A stretch of 64,000 nt of DNA from Octopus sinensis (GCF_006345805.1 NC_042999.1:123132001-123196000); one strand, 5' to 3'; counted from the first letter of the stretch, positions 42,070-54,815 are shown. Numbers and translations: made by a program. The notes: a model not told the origin generated them from the sequence alone.

Positions 42070-42600
42070 AGCAAGCATCTTCACACTTGAAGACATATTG
42101 TATCTTTATAAGAATCAGATCTAACTGAAAATGAGGTACTCCTGACAGATTTGGCTGGATTTCTCTAAACTTATACTGTTCATTCTTGATAATACAGAAT
42201 TGAATATGTAGCCTAGTTGGTGAGGAGCTATTACTTCTATTAATCTTCATTCTTTGGGTCTTTCTAGTCTGAAAATTTCCCATCAGAATATGATTTGCCA
42301 AATTTAGTGAATCACAACCAAGCTTCCTGGATTTTATTCTCAGACACACTCCAATCTTTTTTCTCTAGACCTGTTGAAATGTGAAATAAATCCTCTACTG
42401 ATTGTTTTTCTGTGGAATATGAACTTCATCTTTTTAAGAGTTAGCATGTATCTCTTTTAGGGGATCTATTGATCAAAGTTTACTAAGACTGCTAGTTGCC
42501 CTGCATGAAGTCTCCCTTCTCCAAGACACCATTGTTTATTCAATGGAAAGCCACTAACTTGATATTCAGCTTGGTGCCAGTATTTCTATACGAATGAGAA
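42070..42600 (-). pseudogene. Decayed CR1/L2-like RT fragment
   Basis: RKLG...NFQTRKTQRMKIN...SGVP resembles KL..LG....WI.NFL..R.QRV.IN...SGVPQG. Confidence 0.5.
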
Positions 42601-42789
42601 ATGACAATAGATGTCACAAGGCATCTTACCTGTCTAACACTTCTGTCATTCCACTACTTTTGGGCTGCTTCCTGGCTTGACAAGTACTTTTCTTAATGTT
42701 TGATATTTCCTTCAGTATAGTACTTTCATCAGATGTTTCTTGCATTACTAACTCCTTTTGTTTCATTTTATTCATTCCTTTATTATTAT

Positions 42790-42990
42790 GCAAGCTGGCA
42801 GAATTAGCATGCTGGGCAAAATGCTTTGTGACATTTCATCCATCTACAAGTTCTGAGTTCAAATTCTCCTGGGGGTTGACTTTGCCTTTCATCCTTTTGG
42901 GGTCAATAAAATAAGTGCCAGTTGAGTACTAGGGTCAATGTATCCTCTGTCAACTAATCCTCTGCCCTGAAATTGCTGGCCTTGTGAAGC
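42790..42990 (+). mobile_element. SINE family A
   Basis: caagctggcagaattagcatgctgggc...ttctgagttcaaattctcc...gactttgcctttcatcc. Confidence 0.8.
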
Positions 42991-43859
42991 CTTTATTATT
43001 CATCCTTCTGTAAATAGCTGGTACATTAGAAGCAAACTTTTGGCTAAATGTAGTTTGTTTACATATCTTTTTCAATAACCAGATTTTTTCAGTCAGCATC
43101 TTGAGTTCATATTCTTAAGTTATGAATTTTCCCTCAAAATATTGAAGAGTAGAATTTCTTTTCTTTTTGTTAATTTTTCCATGACATGTTGGTGTGCTGT
43201 GAACTTATTGTTTTCCTTCCACCTTATGGTATTTAAATGTTCAATTTTGCAGTGTAAATTGTTTATGCTTTCCATTAGCTTCCATTATCCACCTGGCTGG
43301 TTATTCCCACTCATTACCACATGGATTGTGTCTGTTATGGGGGACTGCCACAATGAGAACAGCTGTATATAAACAGTTATTGATAGCCAATGCTTCTTGT
43401 CACGTGGTTTTATATAGTTTCCACTGATATTGTTAATAACTTTTAGCATGAGAGTGAGTGATTCTTTTCATACTTTTGTGAAAAAAGACCTGTTATTTAA
43501 TGACACCTTATAACATTTAGAAAAAGAAAAGTTTCCAAACATGGTTTAAAATGCTTTATATAAATATCTAAATATTCCACAATCATCTCTGTTTGGATCA
43601 GTTTTATATAGAGATCCTTTTATTTATAACAAGAAAAATGGCTTGGGCAGTTGGCATAATTATAGAAGAAAAAGCTCAAAAAGTTTAGGTGGTTCTCTAT
43701 ACCAGCATGTCTGTTGTACATATAAGATGGTATCATCTTGTATGCTTATTTGTCTAGTTTTATCTTCCAAATTTCTCACCAATTCAGAATGAGTCGGATT
43801 TGGGCCTAAAAACTTGACCCATTTGATGGAATTTATACACTATAATTGGGAATAGATAT

Positions 43860-44120
<261 letters not shown>

Positions 44121-44278
44121 TGTTTTGCAAGATTTTTGATGTGAAATCATGTGTTGAAACAGATATTGTTGTATTTAGGATTAATGTAAAAAATAAATAA
44201 CACTGAAGCAAAGTAACACCAAATATATAGTGCGTGTGTTTTTATTGACTAAACTGGCAAAAATGACCATTCCTAAAT

Positions 44279-44318
<40 letters not shown>

Positions 44319-44397
44319 ATAAATATTAGGGAATAAATCCAAATTTACAGGGAAAAAAATCAGATTTAGGATTAAATCCAATTTTATAGTAAAATAT

Positions 44398-44560
44398 TAT
44401 AAAATATTATTAGAGACAAAACCACTATTTTGCAAAACAAACAAGGAAAGACTTAATCAATACATAAAATTTTAATAAATAGTCAAAATTTATTAAAATT
44501 TTATGTATTGATTAAGTCTTTCCTTGTTTGTTTTGCAAAATAGTGGTTTTGTCTCTAATA

Positions 44561-44570
<10 letters not shown>
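44398..44570. repeat. Perfect fold-back palindrome (83-bp arms, 7-nt loop)
   Basis: 44398-44480 is the exact reverse complement of 44488-44570; the arm is homologous to the repeat at ~38915-39000. Confidence 0.92.
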
Positions 44571-44613
<43 letters not shown>

Positions 44614-44922
44614 GTTTTCTTTGAGATTTATTTAAGTTCTTCATGAAATTCAAACTGGTCACTAACAAAGTGACAAGACTCTTTGAGATAAGACAGTTCT
44701 TGGGTTTGTAAGTATGTGGTTAAATTAGTGTGTGCCTGTATGTATGCATATGCAGCTGCATTTATGTTCTATGTTTTACTAATTAAGTGTTTTGTGTGTG
44801 TGCTTGTTTACCTTTGCATTTTTGTAGATGCTCACATACAGATGCATACATGTATTCATTTAAAGAATTTCAAATGAAGAATCTTTTGAATATCTTACAA
44901 ATGTTTACTGTGCTGCTTATAG

Positions 44923-44963
44923 ATTGAATTTGAAGGATGCTTGTCAGCTTCCTTGCTACATTT
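44923..44963 (+). CDS. Candidate 41-nt exon (phase 2 to 1: LNLKDACQLPCYI)
   Basis: gcttatag| acceptor and ttt|gtaagt donor; phase-compatible with 33318-33391. Confidence 0.2.
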
Positions 44964-45309
44964 GTAAGTTTTTAAGCAATTCTTTAGTTCACCATAAATG
45001 TTCTCTTTTTCTTGAACTTTCGTTGGGAAGTTTGCATTTGCTGGACAGCACTCACCTCTATAACAGTGCATGACTTTTGTTCCCTGCCTCTTAGAACAAT
45101 ATCAGCTCTGTCGTATTTGAACCAGATTGTTGTTTCTTCTGTTGGAATACTTCAATATTGTTCTTTGTTTTTAAAGGGGTAAATATATTCTGGTTCTGAC
45201 ATGTATGTATGCATATAAGCAAACCTGCATAAATGTATGCATGAGCACATATATGGTAGTGTGTGTATGTTTGGTAATGCAAATAGGAAAAATAGAACTG
45301 AAAACATGA

Positions 45310-45353
<44 letters not shown>

Positions 45354-45792
45354 TTTAATCACTAGTTGTCACAAAGGTGATATCCAAAGGCTGGGAATTT
45401 CATGTATGGCACTTATGAAACTGGTTTCAAATTTGGGGGATTTCACTATAAAGACCATGGTAAATGATATATATAATTATCCCTAGGTTGTTCCAGAAAA
45501 AAATTACATCACATGAATAATACATGTTCTAAATAGTCTGCTTGGCAAGCAGTAAAGTAACTAAATAAATAAATGAAATAAAAAGAAACAAGAGAAGGTA
45601 ATAGAAATAAACAAAAGGCAAATGCATGCTCTTATTTACACACATAAATAAATGCATCAGTACATTACATGTGTGTGTGTTATATATACATAATGTGCAC
45701 ATGCAAATATATATGTATACACACATATACACATACACTAATGCACACACACACACATACACAATACATATATATATATATACATATACATG

Positions 45793-48700
45793 TTGTCACG
45801 TGTCCCTTGACCTCTCTCTCTAACTAACCCTATCTCTCTCTCGCTATGTCCCCCCTTCCCATAACCATCATCGCCATGGTCCTCTATGCCCCCCCTCCCC
45901 AAAACCATCATCGCCATACATAAAAGAGCGATCGCATTTATCGTTAACCCCACTCGCTTCAAAATATCTAAAGAATACGCACAGATCATGAATGGCTAAA
46001 AGTTAAGTGAATCGTCCAACCTCGCTACGACTACCTTCTTTCTTGCACTTATCCTTATTCTTTCTCTATTCTTCAATTTCCATCTCATTGTATTGTCCCT
46101 CATTCTTTCAGTATTCCCTCATTACCCTGTCTAGCTCAAACATTGTTTTTTCGTTTAGACTTGTCTCCAGGTTCATAGCCACTCTGATTTTTCAATTTTT
46201 CAATTTTTCAATTTTTCGTTTAGTATTGTCTCCCGATTCATACAAACCCGTTTGCTAGCTCACGATTAACAGAACCTCTTTACTCAGCTACGGTGTTATA
46301 TTAGCTATCAATAATGATATTCCCTCTGATTTTTCTGATTTTCAAACCTATTTATCTAATGTTTATTTATCGACAATGCCGTCCCCAGTCAAATTCCCTC
46401 ACACCGCTTATTGTCACGTGTCCCTTGACCTCTCTCTCTAACTAACCCTATCTCTCTCTCGCTATGTCCCCCCTTCCCATAACCATCATCGCCATGGTCC
46501 TCTATGCCCACCCCCTCCCCAAAACCATCATCGCCATACATAAAAGAGCGATCGCATTTATCGTTAACCCCACTCGCTTCAAAATATCTAAAGAATACGC
46601 ACAGATCATGAATGGCTAAAAGTTAAGTGAATCGTCCAACCTCGCTACGACTACCTTCTTTCTTGCACTTATCCTTATTCTTTCTCTATTCTTCAATTTC
46701 CATCTCATTGTATTGTCCCTCATTCTTTCAGTATTCCCTCATTACCCTGTCTAGCTCAAACATTTTTTTTTTTTTTTTTTTTTTTCGTTTAGACTTGTCT
46801 CCAGGTTCATAGCCACTCTGATTTTTCAATTTTTCAATTTTTCAATTTTTCGTTTAGTATTGTCTCCCGATTCATACAAACCCATTTGCTAGCTCACGAT
46901 TAACAGAACCTCTTTACTCAGCTACGGTGCACCCGCCCTCCCACCCCCACCACGCATGCCAGAAGTTCCTATTCTCTTCCATTCCGGGGTTGCTTCCCAT
47001 GAAGACTGCAAATGCTCTCACCATCCCTACCCCTCCCTACCCCTAGTCTCGACCTATGTAAGGTAATGTTCATACAGTGCAAAATATGAAAGGCTAGCAT
47101 TATGCAGGTTGTACTGAAGGCTACTTTACTACTTCATTTCTTGCACATGAATTCTGCCAAATGCGAGCTTTCTTTTCAGGTACACGAAGCTACTGTCCAC
47201 CGTCCCAGGGTCTCTAGAGCCCATGCCTTCCACACCCTCAGGGTTGGCACCCTCAACGTTGGCACTCTGAAAGGTAGGTCTGATGAGATAGTCGAGATGC
47301 TTGAACGGAGATGTGTGGATATATGTTGCATGCAAGAAATAAGGTGGAGAGGAGGATCAGCTAGGTTCCTCACAGGCAAGGAACGCAGGTACAAGATTTT
47401 CTGGGCAGGGAACACTGACGGGGTTGGTGGCGTGGGTATACTTATCGCTGAGAAATGGGTAGATAAAGTAATTGAGGTAATCAGAGTAAGTGACAGAATA
47501 CTTAAGATTAGATTAGTGCTTCATCATAGTTTAGCAACCATTATATCAGCCTATGCTCCTCAGTCGGGGCTACCCGATGGACAGAAAGACCGATTCTATG
47601 ACACTCTACTGCAGACTACCTCATTGACGAACGACAGAGACCTTATCTTTGTGGCTGGTGACTTCAATGGTCACGTTGGACGACATGCTGGGGGCTTCCA
47701 TGGCGTACATGGAGGCTATGGCTATGGCTCCCACAATGAGGAGGGAACCAGGCTGCTGGAGTTCTGCGATGCAAATAATCTTATGATTTGCAACACTAAC
47801 TTCAGGAAACCTACCAGCCACCTAGTCACTTACCAATCGGGCCAACATACCAGCCAAATTGACTACATCCTTACAAGGCAAAGGGAGAGATGGCTGCTTA
47901 TAAATGCCAAAACCTTCCCAGGTGAAGAATGTACCCCACAACATAGACTGGTAGTTAGTGACTTTAGGATCAGGACTAGGAGGACAACCAGAAGACGACA
48001 AATATGGAGAAGAAGGATCTGGAAGCTTAAAGATCCTGCAAATGGACAGAGATTTAGGGACATATTACTTGAAGCCTCTGACGAAGTAGAAGGGGATAGA
48101 GCATCACAGGGGGTAGAAGACAGCTGGACGTTTCTAAGGGACAACCTGCTGAGAGCCACTGACCAGATCTGTGGCTGGTGCAAAGTCCCCTCTCGACCTA
48201 GAATAACGTGGTGGTGGAACAATATTGTAGACAGGGCTATTAGAGAAAAGAGACAGGCTTGGAAGGTCTGGAAAAATGGGGGTAGCAGGGAATTGTATCA
48301 GACTGCCAAAAGAGAAGCTAGGAGACAGGTTTATCTAGTCAGAGGGGAAGCAGATAAGAAAAAATTTGCCAATGTTCTGCGCCGTGAGGACCAAAGACTG
48401 GAGGTGTTTCGTGTTGCAAGACAGTGTGTGAGAGAGAATCGTGATGTGGTAGGAGGGAAGTGTGTTCGCATGGAAGATGGTTCACTTGCGCTAAATGAGG
48501 ATGCAAAGAGAGAGGTTTGGAGATGCCACTATGAAAGGTTGCTGAATGAAGAAAATGAATGGGATAAAGAGAGTCTGCCGAATGTTGACCCAACAGAGGG
48601 ACCAGCTATCCGAGTTGATAGTTCTGTGGTAGCTAAGGCAATTAGAAGCATGAAGACAGGGAAAGCCCCAGGCCCATCAGGAATCACTGCAGAGATGCTC

Positions 48701-50881
48701 AAAATGTCTGGTAGTGTCGGCTATAGCCTAGTCACCCATATAGTTAATCAGGTGATACACAAAGGGGTCATACCCAATGACTGGTGTAGCAGTATAATAG
48801 TCAACTGCTACAAAGGTAAAGGTGATGCCCTAGATACAAATAACTACAGAGGTATCAAGCTGTTGGACCAGGTGATGAAGGTTACGGAGAGGGTCATAGC
48901 CCAACTAATTAGAGAGAGAGTTAGTTTAGATGAGATGCAGTTTGGGTTTGTGCCAGGGAAAAGTACTACTGATGCTATATTCCTGGTAAGGCAGCTGCAG
49001 GAGAAATACCTAGCCAAAGATAAGCCCCTGTACCTGGCTTTTGTTGACATGGAGAAAGCCTTCGACAGGGTCCCCCGATCCCTTATCTGGTGGGCAATGA
49101 GAAAACTAGGGATAGATGAATGGTTAGTGAGAGCTGTGCGGGCCATGTATAGGGACGCCGCTAGTAGGGTGAGGGTTGGAAATGAGTACAGTGAAGAATT
49201 CCGGGTAGAGGTAGGGGTCACCAAGGCTCAGTACTCAGCCCCCTCCTATTTATCATAGTCCTCCAGGCAATAACGGAGGAATTCAAGACAGGATGCCCTT
49301 GGGAGCTCCTCTATGCTGATGACCTTGCTCTAATTGCTGAGTCGCTATCAGAACTGGAGGAGAAGTTTCAGGTGTGGAAACAAGGATTAGAATCGAAGGG
49401 CCTCAGAGTCAATCTAGCTAAAACCAAAGTCGTAATCAGTAGGAAGGTAGACAAATCACAAACACCTTCAGGTAGATGGCCCTGCTCGATCTGTAGAAAA
49501 GGTGTAGGTAGAAACTCTATAAGATGCACCAAGTGTAAGCTATGGACACATAAGAGATGCAGCAATGTCAAAGGAAGGCTAACTAGGAAGATGGTTTTTG
49601 TATGTGGCAGATGCTCAGGAACAATAAACACTGAAAATGCTCTGAGACCAACTTCCGTCACTTTCCAGGGAGAAAAACTAGAAATAGTTGATAGTTTCCG
49701 TTACCTAGGTGACCAAGTCAGCAGCGGGGGCGGGTGTGCTGAAAGTGTAACTGCTAGAGTAAGAATAGCTTGGGCAAAGTTCAGAGAGCTCTTACCTCTG
49801 CTGGTGACAAAAGGCCTCTCGCACAGAGTGAAAGGCAGACTGTATGATGCGTGTGTACGAACAGCCATGCTACATGGCAGTGAAACATGGGCCGTGACTG
49901 CTGAGGATATGCGTAAGCTCGCTAGAAATGAAGCCAGTATGCTCCGATGGATGTGTAATGCCGGTACTCACACTCGGCAGAGTGTAAGTACCTTGAGAGA
50001 AAAGCTGGACCTAAGAAGCATCAGTTGTGGTGTGCAAGAGAGACGTTTGCGCTGGTATGGTCATGTGGCGAGAATGGATGAAGATAGTTGTGTGAAAAAG
50101 TGCCACACCCTAGCGGTTGAGGGAACCTGTGGAAGAGGCAGACCCAGGAAAACCTGGGACGAGGTGGTGAAGCACGTCCTTCGAACTTTAGGTCTCACTG
50201 AGGAAATGACTAGAGACCGAGACCTCTGGAAGTGTGCTGTGCGCGAGAAGACCCGGCAGGACAAGTGAGTCCACAACCCGTGGCATTCTACATGGGATGG
50301 AGCCAGCCTACGTATGCATACCTTCCCTTCTTGGGACACAAAACTCTACTTGTGAAGACGTGTTGAGGCAAGTGAGGATCAGAATCGAAATCGATCAATG
50401 GAAATTGCGGATGTGCTACCAGTGCCGGTGGCATGTCGAAACTCTGCTTGTGAAGACCCATTGAGGCAAGTGAGGATCAGAATCGAAATCGATCAATGGG
50501 AATCGATCAATGGAAATTGCAGATGTGTTACCAGTGCCGGTGGCATGTAAGAGAACTTTCCGTTTCGCGACCGTTGCCAGCACCGCCCCGTTTCGTGTCC
50601 GTTGCCAGCCTCGCCTGGCCCTCGTGCCGGTGGCACATAAAAAGCACCATCCGTTCGTGGCCGTTTGCCAGCTCTGTCTGGCACCAGTGCGGGTGGCACG
50701 TAAAAAGCACCCACTACACTCACGGAGTGGTTGGCGTTAGGAAGGGCATCCAGCCGTAGAAACACTGCCAGATTTGACTGGGCCTGATGAAGCCTTCTGG
50801 CTTCACAGACCCCAGTAGAACCGTCCAACCCATGCTAGCATGGAAAACGGACGCTAAATGATGATGATGATGATGATGATG
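45793..50881 (+). mobile_element. Near full-length RTE-clade LINE with duplicated 5' region, EN-RT ORF, 3' UTR and (GAT)n tail
   Basis: CpG-retaining ~5.1 kb block between microsatellites. Assigning 45793-47100 to the element is inference. Confidence 0.85.
47102..50268 (+). CDS. RTE ORF: APE endonuclease, reverse transcriptase and PHD-type finger; one 1-bp frameshift at 49219/49220
   Basis: EN motifs GTLNVGTL, DICCMQE, SAYAPQ, AGDFNGH, SQIDYIL, HRLVV. RT motifs YRGIKLL, QFGF, FVDMEKAFDRVP, GV[H]QGSVLSPLLF, YADD (49312-49323). Restoring one C joins track ORFs 47102 and 49372 in frame. Confidence 0.95.
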
Positions 50882-51227
50882 TTAATATGTATATACATGT
50901 ATACTTATATGCATATCCATATCCATACACATACTTATATCACTCTTGGTATTATATGAACACATAAAATTAGGATTATATATGTCTACTTCAGATATAT
51001 TGCAACTAATTACATTAATGTGAATGTACATTAATATATAGATATGCCTGTATACATACACACATGTGGTAAATATTATTTTGCACATACGCACAAGCAA
51101 AAACATATACATATGTGTGATACTGTTATTTTACACATGCACACACACACACACACTCTTATATGCATGTGAGTGCCAATGAATATTATATACACAAATA
51201 TATATGTCTAAATACATATATACACAG

Positions 51228-51350
51228 GCATGGCTATGTGGTAAGAAGTATGCTTCCTAATTATATGGTTCTGATTTCAATCCAACTGCATGGCATCTGA
51301 CCAATGCCTTGTGAGTGGATTTGGTAGAGAGAAGCTGAAAGAAGCCCATT
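51228..51350 (+). mobile_element. SINE family B 5' fragment
   Basis: ggctatgtggtaagaag...gccttgtgagtggatttggtaga..gaaagaagccc. Confidence 0.7.
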
Positions 51351-52699
51351 TTACACACATACACTTATGGTAGTAGTTGTAGTACACATGGAATCTCCAT
51401 GGATATTCAGAAAGGTTGTCACAAAGTCAAAGGTCTTCATTAGTTAATGAAACAGTGTGAAATGGTTGTCATTGCTTTCTGCATTTTCCTTAGTATTGTT
51501 GGAAGAGGCAAGGATCAATGTCAGTTGTGGAGTATTCTGACCTGAAACTGCACTGATGAGAGTTCGCAATCAATAGTATTAGTTTGACACATAAGCGAGT
51601 GGGAAGAATGAATTGCTCCAATGCTGTGAATGTAGTCCTTCTTGAGATAGTGGAAATAGGAGAAAATAGACAAATAAAGGAGGGGGAGTTAAAAATTGCA
51701 ATCACATTGGAAACAGCCATATGGAGTTTGTCTACAAGCTAACCAGTGACTGACCAGAAGTTGGATGGTGTTTACTTTCTTTCTTTTTCTTTTTCTTTTT
51801 TTTTTTTTTGACAGAGGCCTGTGTCTGTATATGTGCTGGTCTGGGTGCATGTATTATGCGTGAGATTTTGAGATGTTGTGCCAGAGTCTTTGTGATTCTT
51901 TGTGTGTCATGTTTATTATATTTATGTCTTGATGTGTGTGTGCCTGTGTGGGTATGCATGTGTGTGTGTGTGCGTGCCTGTGTGTGTGTGGTGTGTATCT
52001 TATATGTACATGTCTATGCATGTATGTATGTCGACAGACATTTCATGTATAGTATTGTGAATGCTGTTGATATGTATAAGTGTTCAAGTACTGGTTGCCG
52101 GTTGGTTAATGAACTTCGGTAGCTAGGTAATAGGCTGTATGTGTTGGTATATCTGTGTATGTGTGTGTGTGAGTGATATGGAAGAGTAACTATTCTGTGT
52201 TCATGCATGATCACCCTGTGTTGTGTGTTTGTGTGTGAGACTGCATGTGTGTTTGTATATGTTATATGTACTGTTCTGTGTGTGTGTGTGTAAATTCAGA
52301 AATTGTTGTATTGTAATGTGTATGAAGAGGTGTGAATGTGTCTTGTGTATCCAATGTTTGAATCAAAGTTTAAAATTTTCTTGTTTATAACTGAAATTTG
52401 CATATTATGTTTTCTTTTTTAAAGCATCTTTAGTGGATGAAACTTTTAAATCACCACTCAAAATAATGTGCCTACAGGCATTTCCTATCTCTTCATCCAC
52501 TGACTATTCTCATACATGTACATGCATCTGTTCATATTTTTGTGTATATTTAGGAGCTACATAGGTTGTTCCTTATTTTTTGCTTTATATCTAAGCTTGG
52601 GTTAGTGTTGTGTTCAGAATTCATGTTGGATCTATGTTGGATTGTAAAGCTGAAGTTGGAATTATTTTTGAAAAATCTTTTATAATTCTATTTCTTTAC

Positions 52700-52906
52700 T
52701 AACTGCAAAGCGCTAAACACAGAGGGGACAAACAGATTAAGTCGATTACATCGACAGCAGTGCATAACTGGTACTTATTTAATCGACCCCGAAAGGATGA
52801 AAGGCAAAGTTGACGTTGGCGGAATTTTAACTCAGAACGTAACAGCAGTTGGAATACCGCTAAGCATTTCGCCTGGTGCACTAACATCTCTGCCAGCTCG
52901 CCACCT
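52700..52906 (-). mobile_element. SINE family A (young, CpG-retaining)
   Basis: Minus strand aggtggcgagctggcagag...gttctgagttaaaattccgcc...ttcggggtcgattaaataagtaccag. Confidence 0.85.
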
Positions 52907-52959
52907 TTTATAATTATAAATCTAATTGAATAAATATATATAATTATAAATCTTTTATA

Positions 52960-54300
52960 ATTCTATCACAATGATCATCTCATTAATGTTCTTCGTATAT
53001 ATGATGAGATTATATTTAAGAACAACATTATTTTACTTTATGTAGAATGTAATGATGTGGGAGATGTGAGATTTACAGATTCCATTGTGAGCAATGGAAC
53101 AGAATGCTTATTATTCAGGCTAATAGAAACTTCCTGAGGATTTTCCCTGGCTTATTTTGTGATTTTATTGTAGTATGTATATCTTGTGTAATATTATTCC
53201 TATAATTACCATTATAAGAACATTATTAAAATCGTTTTCAACATCTTTAGCATCAGTATTGTCAGCATTGTCAGTTTCTTGTAAAATTTCTAGGAATTCA
53301 CCTGATGACCGTATATTGTATCTATTGGATGTTTCTTTATAATACTAACCGCTTGTTTAGCGATTCTCTGATTTGGTGTGTTGATTTGGGAGATTAGAAC
53401 ACTGAGCTGGAGCAGTTATTCTACTTGTAAATTTTTAAGGCACCATAAATGTATGCTGGGGTAAAATCTGCTTTTGTGCATTGGAAATAATTCCTATTTC
53501 TGTGTTTATAATAGTGATTAATTTATTCAGTTTAATTCTTAATTGTGCAACATTGTTTTTCCTAATTTGGGTGAATTTACTTACCATGATCCTGTAATAT
53601 ATTGTCAATTTTTGAGATGTGTCTTTCTTTATAATAATGAGCACATTACTCATTTTTATGTTATACTTTTATAATTGTTTTATAAATCTTGCAGAGCTAT
53701 AATAGTTTAACATTCTTATTGGATATATTTGGTTGTTCATTCTATTTTTCTTTTTGTTGCTCTCCTGAATAAATTTCCAATTTTTGTTGTACATTTGTCA
53801 CTAAGAGTCTTAAAGTAATTCAAGTTCAACATCCTTTCTCCTTTGATCATAATTAAGGTGCAACTTTGTTTGGGGTGTTTAATTTTATCAAAGTTAAGTG
53901 TATATCATAAGTCAGCAAGGAATTGTGTTTCTTGTATAAGCAACAAATATTTAACTTGAAAAGGTGAGTAAGCTTCCATTTATTGTTCATTCTTCCTCAA
54001 TGTAAACAAAATCAGTATTTGTTCATAGCTAAGAAAAAAAATTACATGAACAGTTGTTATTTAGTGAGTTTTCAATGTCATCTTCTCAGTTGAGGAATTT
54101 CCTGGGATAACTTTCTGATATACAGATTTCAAATGTGCTTTTTTTTTTTTTGACACTTCATAGTGATATGTATTTTGGAAATATCATTTCTTTCAAACTC
54201 GTGATATTGAATACACCAATGTAATCAAATTTGTTTTTATTGTGTATTTTTTATATTTCCTTATTAAGCTATTGTGCTTTATTTTGGAACAATAATTTTC
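52960..54300 (-). pseudogene. Decayed Penelope-like element reverse transcriptase
   Basis: Minus strand KIDNILQD..KF, PAYIYGALKIYK (53424-53460), LISQINTPNQRIAK, IRSSGEFLEIL and ILRKFLLA match PLE RT PGYLYG.PKIHK / RPIISQI.TPTY.LAK / YS..SS.EFL. The upstream limit is approximate. Confidence 0.7.
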
Positions 54301-54424
54301 CTAAGTCAATTAATGTTTCAAGTCATTTCTGGTCTCATCATCTGTATGAAATGGTAGTAGTGTCATACTGTTGCTGCGTTTAGCAGGAGACAGCAAACAG
54401 CAATATATCATGGGAATAATGTGT

Positions 54425-54590
54425 CTAATACACTGGCACTCTGTCAGTTATGATCAGGAGAATTCCGGTTGATCTGATTAATAGAATAGCCTACTTGTGA
54501 AATAAATGTGCAAGTGGTTGATCATTCCACAGACATGCATACCCTTAGCATAGTTCTCAGGGAGATCCAGTGTGATACAGAATGTATCAC
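54425..54590 (+). mobile_element. SINE fragment with Nin/Deu-domain-like core
   Basis: gtgcaagtggttgatcattccacagacatgcatacccttagcatagttctcagggagatccagtgtga; domain assignment from memory. Confidence 0.5.
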
Positions 54591-54815
54591 TTATTGCTCT
54601 TCTCAAGCACAGCAAACCACCCATCATCTTGGTCCTTAATCATCTCCTCCATAAGGTTCAGCATCTCTAGATCAGTGTCTGCTACTTTGTCCCAGATTTC
54701 TCTGGGTCTCCCTTTTCCACCAGTTCCATCCAATTTAAACAACAAGCATTTCTTTATTCAGTTCTCCTTATCCATATGCACTGCATGACTGAACCAGTGC
54801 AGTCTCCTCTCTTGT
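54590..54815 (-). pseudogene. Decayed RTE C-terminal fragment
   Basis: QERRLHWFSHAVHMDKEN*IKKC...GKGRPREIWDKV vs intact QERRLRWYGHVARMDEDSCVKKC...GRGRPRKTWDEV. Confidence 0.8.

Noticed and set aside
45793-46930. LTR or HDV-like ribozyme interpretation of the 5' direct repeat
   Set aside because: Both repeats lie upstream of the ORF with no gag/integrase, and I could not draw an HDV double pseudoknot by eye.
47129-50759. Minus-strand and short overlapping ORFs within the RTE
   Set aside because: Antisense shadows of the GC-richer RTE ORF and UTR; no domains.
50780-50810. CTGATGA-AGCC-TTCT-GGCT in the RTE 3' UTR
   Set aside because: No GAAA follows, and other tail copies read cctggtgcag(c/t)c, so it is a point-mutation coincidence.
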